Source: a virus. Taken from it: a stretch of DNA of 64,000 nt. This document shows, in pieces, positions 37,046 to 45,842 of this stretch; the first letter of the stretch is position 1; every line of letters begins with the position of its first letter. Below the pieces are notes generated by a model. It saw only the letters and a list, made by a program, of their open reading frames with translations. It had not been told where the DNA came from and ran no database searches. The DNA lies in the IMG/VR virus record IMGVR_UViG_3300029374_000001, positions 196,161-260,160 of that record. One strand, given 5' to 3'. The translations under genes were made by a program, and so were the position numbers.

Positions 37046-38785
37046 GTGAATAACGTGCCAGATGATCCTATTCATACTACCGTCATACGAAAAGCCAGAT
37101 TTAGAACGGTTAAAGATGGTATCGAACAAATTATTCATTATGAAACAGATGTAGATAGTATAGTAGACTTAAAGAAAAAGTTAAATGGTATTATTACATC
37201 TCAAATAGATAAAGATGCAATTACACAGGCTATTATAGATGATATTAATAATGGTGGGCATTTAGACTTACATTTGGAGAGATATGCTTTATTAGATTCT
37301 CCTGTATTTATTAATCAACCCAAAGCTCCTACACCAGCAGTTACCGATAATAGCACCAGACTCGCTACAACAGCATTTGTTAAAACATATGTGCCAACAG
37401 CTATTGACGCTAAGCTGATCGATTATCAGACCAATATCGTTAACAATACAGCATTGACCGGTACACCTACGGCTCCCACTGCTGCGGTAGGAACATCAAC
37501 AACGCAGATTGCTACGACTGAATTTGTTCATAATCAGATTACATCCAATCTGAATGATTATGCCAAATTGAATTCTCCTGTATTTACAGGAACTCCTAAA
37601 GCTCCTACGGCTGCCGCTACATCTAATGATACAACAATTGCTACAACAGCATTTGTTAAACATGCATTGGATAACGCGCATATTTCATTGACTTTTGATA
37701 ATACGCCTATTGGTGGGTCTGTAAACCCCATCACTTCAGATGGTATTTTTAAAGCGATTAAAGCGGCTAAAGATTCTTTTGCCACTGTGGCCACTACAGG
37801 AAATTATAATGATTTAATCAATAAACCAGGAATAGCTACTTCTTCTACAGAAGGTTTTGTTAAGATCTATAATTCTACAGGAACCAATGTAGATGGTACA
37901 ATGACGCAATTGTCTATCTCCAATGCATTAGATCAAAAAATGGATAAGGCTACATTATCTACGGTAGCTACTACAGGTAAATTTACTGATCTGAATGATA
38001 TTCCAACAGCCACCGATACCATTAAAGGGATTACTAAATTATATAGTAATACAGGTACTCATAGTGATGGAGCTATATCTCAAGCCGCATTTACTGCTGC
38101 TATGGATAACTACTTAAAGTTATCTGGTGGTAAAATGACTGGTATTATAGACATGGATACCTATAATATCGAAATGCTTTCTAATAGCACTAATGGTATT
38201 AAATGGTATAAGATGGTTGGAGGAAATAAAACATATGATGGTCAATTGACTCCAAATAACTATACAGGTACAGCGGCTAAAGCTATAGCGGATAAAAATG
38301 GTAATGCAATTGATACATACTATGCTACAAAAGCAGAATTGTCTGTTATTCCTAAATTCCAAATTTTGATTGTCAATGCTCTTCCAACAACAGATATATC
38401 CAAAACAACCATCTACTTAGTAAAAGATCCTAGTGGTCATGAAGGAGATCTGTTTAAAGAATATATCTATACATCAGAAGATAAATGGGAATTAATTAGT
38501 TCTCCAAAAATTAATTTGGATGGGTATGTACTAAAAGCAGAATTAGACAGCAAATTATTATTAAAGGCTGATTTAAATTCTCCTATGTTTACTGGTACAC
38601 CATCTGCTCCTACAGCCAGTATAGATACATATACTGATCAGTTGGCCACCACCAAATGGGTAACTGATAAAATTGGTTCTCATAAAGTAACCCAGATTAC
38701 TGAACCAGGAGATGATTCTTTACAAGAATCTATTAAGATGCATCAATTATGGGTAGATATAACTGGAGATAGTGATATACCGTAA
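37046..38785 (+). CDS. Tail fibre protein with four classical phage tail-fibre repeats, 579 aa.
   Basis: The repeats are LNSPVFTGTPKAPTAAATSNDTTIATTAFV, TALTGTPTAPTAAVGTSTTQIATTEFV, LDSPVFINQPKAPTPAVTDNSTRLATTAFV and LNSPMFTGTPSAPTAS...LATTKWV. The likely start is the GTG at 37055. Confidence 0.8.
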   Translation: MNNVPDDPIHTTVIRKARFRTVKDGIEQIIHYETDVDSIVDLKKKLNGIITSQIDKDAITQAIIDDINNGGHLDLHLERYALLDSPVFINQPKAPTPAVTDNSTRLATTAFVKTYVPTAIDAKLIDYQTNIVNNTALTGTPTAPTAAVGTSTTQIATTEFVHNQITSNLNDYAKLNSPVFTGTPKAPTAAATSNDTTIATTAFVKHALDNAHISLTFDNTPIGGSVNPITSDGIFKAIKAAKDSFATVATTGNYNDLINKPGIATSSTEGFVKIYNSTGTNVDGTMTQLSISNALDQKMDKATLSTVATTGKFTDLNDIPTATDTIKGITKLYSNTGTHSDGAISQAAFTAAMDNYLKLSGGKMTGIIDMDTYNIEMLSNSTNGIKWYKMVGGNKTYDGQLTPNNYTGTAAKAIADKNGNAIDTYYATKAELSVIPKFQILIVNALPTTDISKTTIYLVKDPSGHEGDLFKEYIYTSEDKWELISSPKINLDGYVLKAELDSKLLLKADLNSPMFTGTPSAPTASIDTYTDQLATTKWVTDKIGSHKVTQITEPGDDSLQESIKMHQLWVDITGDSDIP

Positions 38786-38798
38786 TATATAGTAGTGT

Positions 38799-38825
38799 AA
38801 GAGAGGTCTTCTATAGACCTCTCTT
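38799..38825 (+). terminator. Intrinsic terminator hairpin aagagaggtcTTCTATagacctctctt followed by ATTTTTAT.
   Basis: It has a 10-bp stem and a T-run, and lies immediately after the tail-fibre gene's stop. Confidence 0.6.
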
Positions 38826-38856
38826 ATTTTTATAATTAGGAGGACTAACAATTGAA

Positions 38857-39468
38857 ATGGATAAATTTAAAGAATATATTAAGCTCAATGATCGTAGTCT
38901 GTGGTATCTTGTCCTCGGTATCGTTATCATATGCGGAATCATTGGATACTACATCTTCCACTACAACGACCATGGAACTGGTGAACAAATTAGAGATACA
39001 ATACAACAATCAAAGTCAGAAAATGCTAAAACTAAAGACGCAGTACGAAGAGCTACAGACTCAGTTCGATCTGCTTCAAAAACAGCTGGAGGCATCTCAG
39101 ATACAAATACGGAATTACAAAGACAACAACGTAAATCAGCAGAAACAATACAATCTGCTGCAGACCAATTACGAGATGCTCAAAGCACAGCTAAAGACCT
39201 CGAAAGAACTCTCTCAGAAGCAGAATCAACAACTGCAGAACTTGACAGGACTTTTGAACAGCTTAAAGTATTACAATCAGACGGAACAAAATCTATCGAC
39301 GCAGCAGAGTCAGCAAATCATTCAGCTTATGACACAGCTCATGGAATCCGAGAGAAACTTAATGGAAGCCAACAACAGTTTAGAGAATATGAAGAAGCTG
39401 ATCGAGAAATTAGAAACACAATTCAACGATTACGAGAAGTGGGTCAAGAGAACGGAACGCAGACATAA
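38857..39468 (+). CDS. Membrane-anchored (one N-terminal transmembrane helix) coiled-coil/low-complexity protein, 203 aa.
   Basis: It has the SD AGGAGGA and the transmembrane segment LWYLVLGIVIICGIIGYYIF. Its third codon positions are A/T-rich, matching the genome's codon bias. This frame is therefore preferred over the overlapping +2-frame ORF at 38852..39532. Confidence 0.5.
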   Translation: MDKFKEYIKLNDRSLWYLVLGIVIICGIIGYYIFHYNDHGTGEQIRDTIQQSKSENAKTKDAVRRATDSVRSASKTAGGISDTNTELQRQQRKSAETIQSAADQLRDAQSTAKDLERTLSEAESTTAELDRTFEQLKVLQSDGTKSIDAAESANHSAYDTAHGIREKLNGSQQQFREYEEADREIRNTIQRLREVGQENGTQT

Positions 39469-39533
39469 ATACCAAAAGATTCTTATTGGTATGATAGCTA
39501 CCGGGGCTGGTTATTCATTGGGGAATATGTAAT

Positions 39534-40025
39534 ATGGGTACAATTATAAAGACACACAAAAAAGAAATCAAGTTTACTGTTAAGGGGAATATGATTATTA
39601 AGCCAGTTATTAAACCAATCATTCCTGGGGTATTTAAATGGCCTATTATAGAAAAGAATGGTAAACAATATCTTTCTAAATCATTTACCTTTGTTGTTCC
39701 TAAAGGAATAGAATATTTGAAGATTATTGTTCCACAGTATAATGGAGAGCCATTGGCTAAGTTTAGAATGTTAAATGCTATTAATGGCAAAACTTGGTTA
39801 TATTGTACAGACAATGCCAGTTTGAGTTCTGTGGTTCATGTATCTCATTATACACCTACTACAGATGACACCAGAGTGCCATACAGTCTAGTATTAAATG
39901 ATGCTCATATAGAAACAGATCCTATGAAAGGACGTATAGAATTACGATATTCTAAAGAAATCAATATGCAATACATGAATGATAATGTAACTCATATTGT
40001 AGAAGATATAGTAATAAAAAATTAA
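39534..40025 (+). CDS. Hypothetical protein, 163 aa, the last gene of the plus-strand block.
   Basis: ORF only. Confidence 0.5.
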   Translation: MGTIIKTHKKEIKFTVKGNMIIKPVIKPIIPGVFKWPIIEKNGKQYLSKSFTFVVPKGIEYLKIIVPQYNGEPLAKFRMLNAINGKTWLYCTDNASLSSVVHVSHYTPTTDDTRVPYSLVLNDAHIETDPMKGRIELRYSKEINMQYMNDNVTHIVEDIVIKN

Positions 40026-40039
40026 AAAAAAATAAATGT

Positions 40040-40065
40040 ATCAGAGACTCATATGAGTCTCTGAT
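40040..40065. repeat. Palindromic hairpin atcagagactcATATGagtctctgat, copy 1 of 3 (a bidirectional terminator between convergent blocks).
   Basis: The same 26-nt palindrome is present at 40757..40782. A 1-nt variant is present at 45878..45903. Confidence 0.7.
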
Positions 40066-40107
40066 AACTTTCTATTTGTCATATAATCAGAATAAATAGG
40101 AATATTT

Positions 40108-40731
40108 CTATAATTCGGGGAGTAAATGTGAGCCAGCATATCCAATCTTCATCAACATATACTTTAATAAATCATCGTTAATAATATCAAGAATCGGATA
40201 ACTATTATAGTTGTCTTTATCTATTATATTTAGAGGTCTTATCTTTTTATCAGAAGATTTATCACGATTATCGTAATAGTAATGGAGTGTTATAATGATT
40301 GTTAGCTTCTGTACACAACTAATAAGTTTTTGTGTATATTCAATAATGCAATATTTTATTTCTTTTTTATTAATATCCCACACAGAATCCGACTCATCGG
40401 TATATAAATCATCTATGTATCCATCAATAGCTGGATAAACATCGAAAAGTGGAAAATTTCCTAATTTATACATAGTATTATACAATATAAAGATTATAAT
40501 ACTTTTATCCAAAGAATTCATATCCAATTTACATTTATGCACTAAGTACGAATAAGTATTTATAATGATACGGTTATCATTATCTATATCCGAATCATAT
40601 TGTGATGATTTATTGGTAATTAGAATACATAAAAGTATATGTGCTATATTCATCAGATATTTATCTTCATTATTTAATAATTCTGGACGTTTAAATAGAA
40701 ATGTATATTTCTCAATATTCATATTATCCAT
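40108..40731 (-). CDS. Hypothetical protein, 207 aa.
   Basis: It is an ORF flanked by identical hairpin repeats. Confidence 0.5.
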   Translation of the reverse strand: MDNMNIEKYTFLFKRPELLNNEDKYLMNIAHILLCILITNKSSQYDSDIDNDNRIIINTYSYLVHKCKLDMNSLDKSIIIFILYNTMYKLGNFPLFDVYPAIDGYIDDLYTDESDSVWDINKKEIKYCIIEYTQKLISCVQKLTIIITLHYYYDNRDKSSDKKIRPLNIIDKDNYNSYPILDIINDDLLKYMLMKIGYAGSHLLPEL

Positions 40732-40756
40732 CCTTTTGAAACATAATTAAAAATAT

Positions 40757-40782
40757 ATCAGAGACTCATATGAGTCTCTGAT
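40757..40782. repeat. Palindromic hairpin atcagagactcATATGagtctctgat, copy 2.
   Basis: It is an exact repeat of the hairpin at 40040..40065. Confidence 0.7.
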
Positions 40783-40817
40783 ATTATATGTAACTTATCT
40801 TTCAATCCATAGTTATA

Positions 40818-41141
40818 TTACCTTTTTACATATACTTCTTTATATTGCCTTCCGAATTGCATACATTCATCATAGGTGTCCATAAAGATATCAATAATAT
40901 GCGGTGCTCCAGAACGATCATTAACCACATATTCTATTCCATCGATAACCAGGATACTTCCTATAGCAAAATCGTTGGCGGCAACCCCGCCGACATATGG
41001 CCATTCGCCAGATGCTGTCGGATTGCCAGTATGAGTATAGGCAGTTACTTCCATAGTAACCCATTCTGCTTGTACATTTCCAGTACCTAAGAAAAACATA
41101 CCCATCATTGCTGCTAATGCTACTATTAATTTCTTAATCAT
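40818..41141 (-). CDS. Secreted 3D-domain protein (MltA/YuiC-like), a putative cell-wall lytic transglycosylase and endolysin-like factor; 107 aa.
   Basis: The signal peptide is MIKKLIVALAAMMGMFFLGTGNVQA. The 3D-domain pattern is VTAYTHTGNPTASG ... VAANDF ... IDGIEYVVNDRSG ... IDIFM ... FG. Confidence 0.7.
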   Translation of the reverse strand: MIKKLIVALAAMMGMFFLGTGNVQAEWVTMEVTAYTHTGNPTASGEWPYVGGVAANDFAIGSILVIDGIEYVVNDRSGAPHIIDIFMDTYDECMQFGRQYKEVYVKR

Positions 41142-41236
41142 TACATCATCTTCCTTTCATACTATATAATACAAAGTGTGAAATGCTGGGTTAGTGTATT
41201 GTCTAAGGTGGTAATATATATTATGACCACGTATTT

Positions 41237-41983
41237 TCATACGTCTGGGCTCGTATCGGATGATTTATTTTTCATATTTTTAATACGTAAGAGAGCCTCA
41301 CGATGCCTTTTACAACAGTTACATTTTGGAGTTGCGTCAATTCCATATATATCTACATTACAGTTATTCCTAGCTTCACAGTATGTTACTTTATCATATA
41401 AATCATTCTTCTGAAGATATAAGATGATGTCTTCTTTAGAAGTATTTTCTAACGGAAATTCTATATCAGTATCTTTTATTCCATATATCTTAAAAATATT
41501 AGAATAGATATCTAATAGCTCTTTTCTGTATCGTATTGCATCATCACCATCGATATATCCCATGAATATCTGTATTTTGCTAGGTGGTATTATGAGCAGT
41601 GTACTGGCTATAGATAATATCCACATTACTGGTAAAACAAAATAACTACCATAAGTGAGCTCTTGATCGGTATATGTCTCATCTAGTTCGCTATTCAACT
41701 TAATAAAATATATACGGAATCCTTTATTTTTGTATATATCCATAATATCCGAAATGCTATCACACTCTCGAGTAAGCGTATTAGGTTGTCTAAAGGATGC
41801 CATATGATGATATACTAAAAATATTTCGCATTCATCTTTAAGATGATTCTTTTCGATCTCTTTACAAAGAATATCAAGGATGGTTGTGCTATCACAACCA
41901 CCCGAGAAAGATATAACAAACGATCGTTTTCCTTGCTTCAATGTATTAGCAATTCTTTTTTGACCTAAAAACACAGTAGACAT
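41237..41983 (-). CDS. PP-loop ATP pyrophosphatase, QueC-like (7-cyano-7-deazaguanine synthase family), 248 aa.
   Basis: FVISFSGGCDSTTILD matches the SGGxDSTT PP-loop motif as it appears in QueC. A C-terminal Cys cluster CEARNNC...KCNCCKRHR is present. The region MWILSIASTLL ... GYIDGDDAIRYR resembles the QueC core. Confidence 0.55.
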   Translation of the reverse strand: MSTVFLGQKRIANTLKQGKRSFVISFSGGCDSTTILDILCKEIEKNHLKDECEIFLVYHHMASFRQPNTLTRECDSISDIMDIYKNKGFRIYFIKLNSELDETYTDQELTYGSYFVLPVMWILSIASTLLIIPPSKIQIFMGYIDGDDAIRYRKELLDIYSNIFKIYGIKDTDIEFPLENTSKEDIILYLQKNDLYDKVTYCEARNNCNVDIYGIDATPKCNCCKRHREALLRIKNMKNKSSDTSPDV

Positions 41984-41985
41984 TT

Positions 41986-42849
41986 TTACTCCTTAGTTTC
42001 AAAATCGTTATTTTCTGCCTGTATTGCATCGCTAAGAAATTTGCGATCTATAGCATCGTTATAATCAGTATGATAGCTAATCAATATACTCATTAAATAT
42101 CTGAGTTTCTCTTTATATTTATAAGAGAGCGGGCTAACAGAAATGATACGTGATGCGTCTAGATCACAATAATCATTAATTGTCTCTTTATTGATAAATA
42201 GAACCGTAAATACTAAAGATAAATATTTCATTCTATCTATAATATCTTCACTATTATGAATAATATCATTAATAATGCGATCTTTATCTACATCATTAGC
42301 TGCAATATTATATTCAAATATAACTGCAGATATCGCATTTTGTGTTACTGGATAATACGGCATCCACGGACAATTAATCATATCAAGAACCTTCATAATT
42401 ATTGCATTTAATATTCCACGATCTTCATTTGTTAAAGTTATCTCGCAGAGTTCTTTAAAGTATATATCTTTAATAGTATAATATATTTTATTATACTTGC
42501 TATATTCATTATCGATACGTTCTTCATAATTTTCAAGAATAAAACAATTGATAATATATGCCACATTTAATAACATCTTTTCTTTTATCGATCTATATTT
42601 TTCATTATCAAAGACGGTATGATAGAGTTTGACTGTGTTATCATTATCGTTTTTGATATCTGTAATATTTTGATCATTATTAATCGGTTCATCTTCTTTA
42701 GAATCTGCTGTAAAGCTATTAGTCATTTCGTTCACCAAATCATCATAAATCGCTTTGTCGGCTGCTTTTGGATCCATTCCTTTTGTAAGAGCATCTGCAA
42801 CCATGTGTATAAATTCGCTGTTTAGTTTCTTTCTTTCTACTGGATCCAT
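41986..42849 (-). CDS. Member 1 of a tandem three-gene paralogous family, 287 aa, function unknown.
   Basis: It shares a block with 42851..43864: KLYHTVFDNEKYRSIKEKMLLNVAYIINCFILE against KLYKTVFDRAETEEIKQNMLLNVAYIIDCCILE. Confidence 0.5.
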   Translation of the reverse strand: MDPVERKKLNSEFIHMVADALTKGMDPKAADKAIYDDLVNEMTNSFTADSKEDEPINNDQNITDIKNDNDNTVKLYHTVFDNEKYRSIKEKMLLNVAYIINCFILENYEERIDNEYSKYNKIYYTIKDIYFKELCEITLTNEDRGILNAIIMKVLDMINCPWMPYYPVTQNAISAVIFEYNIAANDVDKDRIINDIIHNSEDIIDRMKYLSLVFTVLFINKETINDYCDLDASRIISVSPLSYKYKEKLRYLMSILISYHTDYNDAIDRKFLSDAIQAENNDFETKE

Positions 42850-42850
42850 T

Positions 42851-43864
42851 TTATTTATCCTCCTTCATAATATTCTTTAACTGATTTATTAAAAATCCAA
42901 ATTTACATTCATAGTCAAATGAACATGGATTGATAGTGATAATACGTGTTGCCGGTATATCATAACCTTCATTGCTTAAAAATTCATTGATATAATTATC
43001 GGTTGTCAAAATATTATCATCATTATTACGAAGCTCTTTAAATACTGGTATAAATGATTTCATTTTATCCATAATATCTTTGATATTATTTAAAACAGAT
43101 TCTACAATATGATCTAAATATTCATCATCGTCATCAGGTATAATATCTGTCCAAAATTTTATCGCTGAAGGTAATGACCTAGTCCATTCTGGTATTGTAT
43201 TATTTATAAATAAACCGTCTATATTTAAATAGCGATTTGCTAATTTTTTATTTAAACTATTAAGAATAATAAGAATCATTTTAACAATAATTCTTCTATC
43301 ATCTCTGGATAACTCTATATGACAGATTTGATTAAAATAAACATCCAAAATATTATGATAAATTACATCAAATAAATCAAAATGGGTTGTATTGCAGCTT
43401 TCAAGAATACAACAGTCAATAATATATGCAACGTTTAACAACATATTTTGTTTAATTTCTTCTGTTTCAGCACGATCAAAGACCGTTTTGTATAATTTAT
43501 CAGCAGCCTTATTTATAACATTTTTATTATTTTCTACAGAATTTTCATATATTTCAGCTTTACCATTTTCACCAATTTTAATATTGAGATAAGGCACCAA
43601 ACTAATTTGGTCAACAATTTTGTTAAAAACGTAAATAAGATCATCCTTATTATGACACTTATCTATTACAGAATCAAATTCTTCTTTAAATAATTTTGTA
43701 CTATGTTCAGGATTCTTTTCAATTAAAATCTCACGAAGATTCTTAGTGAATTTATCCATAAAAAGATCAATTTCATTATCGGTAGTTCCTGGTATATTTT
43801 TCATTTGCGAAACCATTGAGTCGTATGTTTTGTTTGCTAATATTTTTATTTCTAGTTCAGTCAT
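42851..43864 (-). CDS. Member 2 of the tandem paralogous family, 337 aa.
   Basis: Its N-terminus MTELEIKILANKTYDSMVSQ is similar to the N-terminus of 43925..44323, MNKLEVEKIANKIYKTIMSR. Confidence 0.5.
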   Translation of the reverse strand: MTELEIKILANKTYDSMVSQMKNIPGTTDNEIDLFMDKFTKNLREILIEKNPEHSTKLFKEEFDSVIDKCHNKDDLIYVFNKIVDQISLVPYLNIKIGENGKAEIYENSVENNKNVINKAADKLYKTVFDRAETEEIKQNMLLNVAYIIDCCILESCNTTHFDLFDVIYHNILDVYFNQICHIELSRDDRRIIVKMILIILNSLNKKLANRYLNIDGLFINNTIPEWTRSLPSAIKFWTDIIPDDDDEYLDHIVESVLNNIKDIMDKMKSFIPVFKELRNNDDNILTTDNYINEFLSNEGYDIPATRIITINPCSFDYECKFGFLINQLKNIMKEDK

Positions 43865-43924
43865 ACATATCTTCTCCTTTTGTAAAATATAAACGAACTT
43901 CTTTATATCTTCTTGATTTATAAT

Positions 43925-44323
43925 TTATCTTTCTATCCTATCGCTCATCAAGTCTAGATATTTTTTCATTAATTTGTCTTTAACCGGATAGCATTGCCAA
44001 ACTTCTACTTCTCCATCATCATTTACTCGAATTTCAAGATCTGATATCTTATCTATTCTCTTTGCAATTTCATAGAAAGCATAGATAAGATCGTTTGGAT
44101 CGGTACATTTACTCATTACAGAGTCAAATGCAATTGTAAACTCTGTTATTTTACCAGCCTCATTGGGCTGATGATTACTTGATAATTTTAAAAGATATTC
44201 GGATACCTCGTTAATAAATGTATCAACCACTTCATCACTTATATTCGAATATTCATCTTTACAACGAGACATTATTGTTTTATAAATTTTATTTGCTATT
44301 TTTTCTACTTCTAATTTGTTCAT
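43925..44323 (-). CDS. Member 3 of the paralogous family (short form), 132 aa.
   Basis: Its N-terminus is similar to that of member 2. Confidence 0.5.
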   Translation of the reverse strand: MNKLEVEKIANKIYKTIMSRCKDEYSNISDEVVDTFINEVSEYLLKLSSNHQPNEAGKITEFTIAFDSVMSKCTDPNDLIYAFYEIAKRIDKISDLEIRVNDDGEVEVWQCYPVKDKLMKKYLDLMSDRIER

Positions 44324-44454
44324 TCTAATCTCTCCTTTTGTAAAATATAAATGAATTTCTCATATTTATAATATATAATCAAAAAAAAAATAAAAACTTA
44401 ATTTTATTATAATATCTATATAATAATCGTATTGTATTTTATAGGAGGAATCTT

Positions 44455-44763
44455 ATGAAGAAAATTTTTATTTCACAGTCGATGAAAGATAAGTCCCAGG
44501 AGCAAATTGTTAATGCCCGCAACGAGGCTGTAGCCGCCATTAGAGAAAAGTACAATGATGATGTGACAATATTAGATTCTTATAAACCAGAGTTTAAAGA
44601 TCTACCTCCTATTGCTTGTTTAGGAGAAAGTCTTAAGATTATGGCAGAAGCCGATGTAGTCGTATTCATTGGAGACTGGGCATCTGCTAGAGGATGTAAA
44701 ATTGAACACGAAGTAGCTGATAAATATGGTAAGACTATCGTAGATATGAATACGATAAAATAA
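44455..44763 (+). CDS. Nucleoside 2-deoxyribosyltransferase-like / DUF4406-like small protein, 102 aa.
   Basis: It has the pattern MKKIFISQSM ... ADVVVFIGDW ... ARG ... E ... A ... GK. It has the SD AGGAGGAATCTTATG and is a single plus-strand gene inside a minus-strand block. Confidence 0.4.
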   Translation: MKKIFISQSMKDKSQEQIVNARNEAVAAIREKYNDDVTILDSYKPEFKDLPPIACLGESLKIMAEADVVVFIGDWASARGCKIEHEVADKYGKTIVDMNTIK

Positions 44764-44806
44764 ATAAAAAATAATATCGGTGGACTATATAGTCCACCGA
44801 CAATTC

Positions 44807-45439
44807 TTATGTTTCTGTTAAAATATAGTACGTATACCATATATTGGCACATATGATAGAAATCATAAATGCTGTAGAAGCAATCATACTATTATAATCA
44901 CTGGCGGTATATAGACTAACCATCGTATATATCCAGTATATAATAGTAAATAGTGCGGTCACTACACCCACTCCAAATAGACACAATTTTGGTTTATTCC
45001 ATTGGATCATGGGTCTAATATGCGGCTGCTTCTTGGTTCCCGCTTTTGTATCTAAGAAATAGATTCTTCCAGTTTTGAAGTTCATTTTAGCTTCAAAGTC
45101 AATCGTATCTAATACTCTAATATTTGTAATTTTACGATCTGGAAGATCTAAACATGTATCAATCAATCGATATGCGTAGTCTATATCTTGAGCGTGCCGA
45201 TTAGCATCAGAATCGATATAGTCTGCATAAATGATCGTATCAATCAAATGCTCATCTTCTCCTTCTCCATACCAATATTGTTGATCCAATTCAAATGCGG
45301 TGAATCGGAATAATTGACCTATATTAATATTTGTATAGGCCTTTAGTGGGAATATGTACAATATTGAATCACTCAGATAAAATTCGCCATCAATCTTGTT
45401 GGTAATTCTGTCAACAATCTTATAGTTTTTAGCATCCAT
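44807..45439 (-). CDS. Membrane protein with a soluble N-terminal domain and two C-terminal transmembrane helices; 210 aa.
   Basis: The transmembrane segments are LCLFGVGVVTALFTIIYWIYTMV and MIASTAFMISIICANIWYTYYIL. Confidence 0.5.
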   Translation of the reverse strand: MDAKNYKIVDRITNKIDGEFYLSDSILYIFPLKAYTNINIGQLFRFTAFELDQQYWYGEGEDEHLIDTIIYADYIDSDANRHAQDIDYAYRLIDTCLDLPDRKITNIRVLDTIDFEAKMNFKTGRIYFLDTKAGTKKQPHIRPMIQWNKPKLCLFGVGVVTALFTIIYWIYTMVSLYTASDYNSMIASTAFMISIICANIWYTYYILTET

Positions 45440-45590
45440 TTTTTTAGTCCTCCTTTTGAACTATAAATAAAATTGATATATAAATAAGCCTCCGGAGATT
45501 TTAACAATGTATATAACTATTGTATAAAGGTCTCCGGAGGACGGATCTTTAAATTGCTGTAGGAGTCTTTATCAAGACTCCATATCTTAA

Positions 45591-45770
45591 TTAAGACTGA
45601 GATATAATGATATCTTGAATCTTAACAAGATTAGTAAGGAATGTTTCCTTTAGGGTGTGGTAGTATTCCTTATTCGCTTCATTAATCGGAAAGTTATTTT
45701 CCAGATCAAACAAAGCTTTCTTGTACATCTGTCGAGTATCTTCGGCAGATATAGAATTATGAATCTCCAT
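45591..45770 (-). CDS. Small 59-aa protein (MEIHNSISAEDTRQMYKKALFDLENNFPINEANKEYYHTLKETFLTNLVKIQDIIISQS), a paralogue of 509..682.
   Basis: It has the SD AAAGGAGGActtagaaattATG at the internal Met 17 of the track ORF. Its upstream region is nearly identical to that of the 509..682 gene. Confidence 0.55.
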   Translation of the reverse strand: MEIHNSISAEDTRQMYKKALFDLENNFPINEANKEYYHTLKETFLTNLVKIQDIIISQS

Positions 45771-45842
45771 AATTTCTAAGTCCTCCTTTTTATAGATTTG
45801 GAGAAGGTATAGATCCACCTATATCTTCTCTCATCTCTATAA

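Noticed and set aside
38852-39532. A 226-aa alternative-frame ORF (TTG start) overlapping the 38857..39468 gene.
   Set aside because: Its third codon positions are G/C-rich, unlike all other genes. The region is T-poor, so every forward frame is open by composition. It is kept as a low-priority finding and not annotated as a feature.
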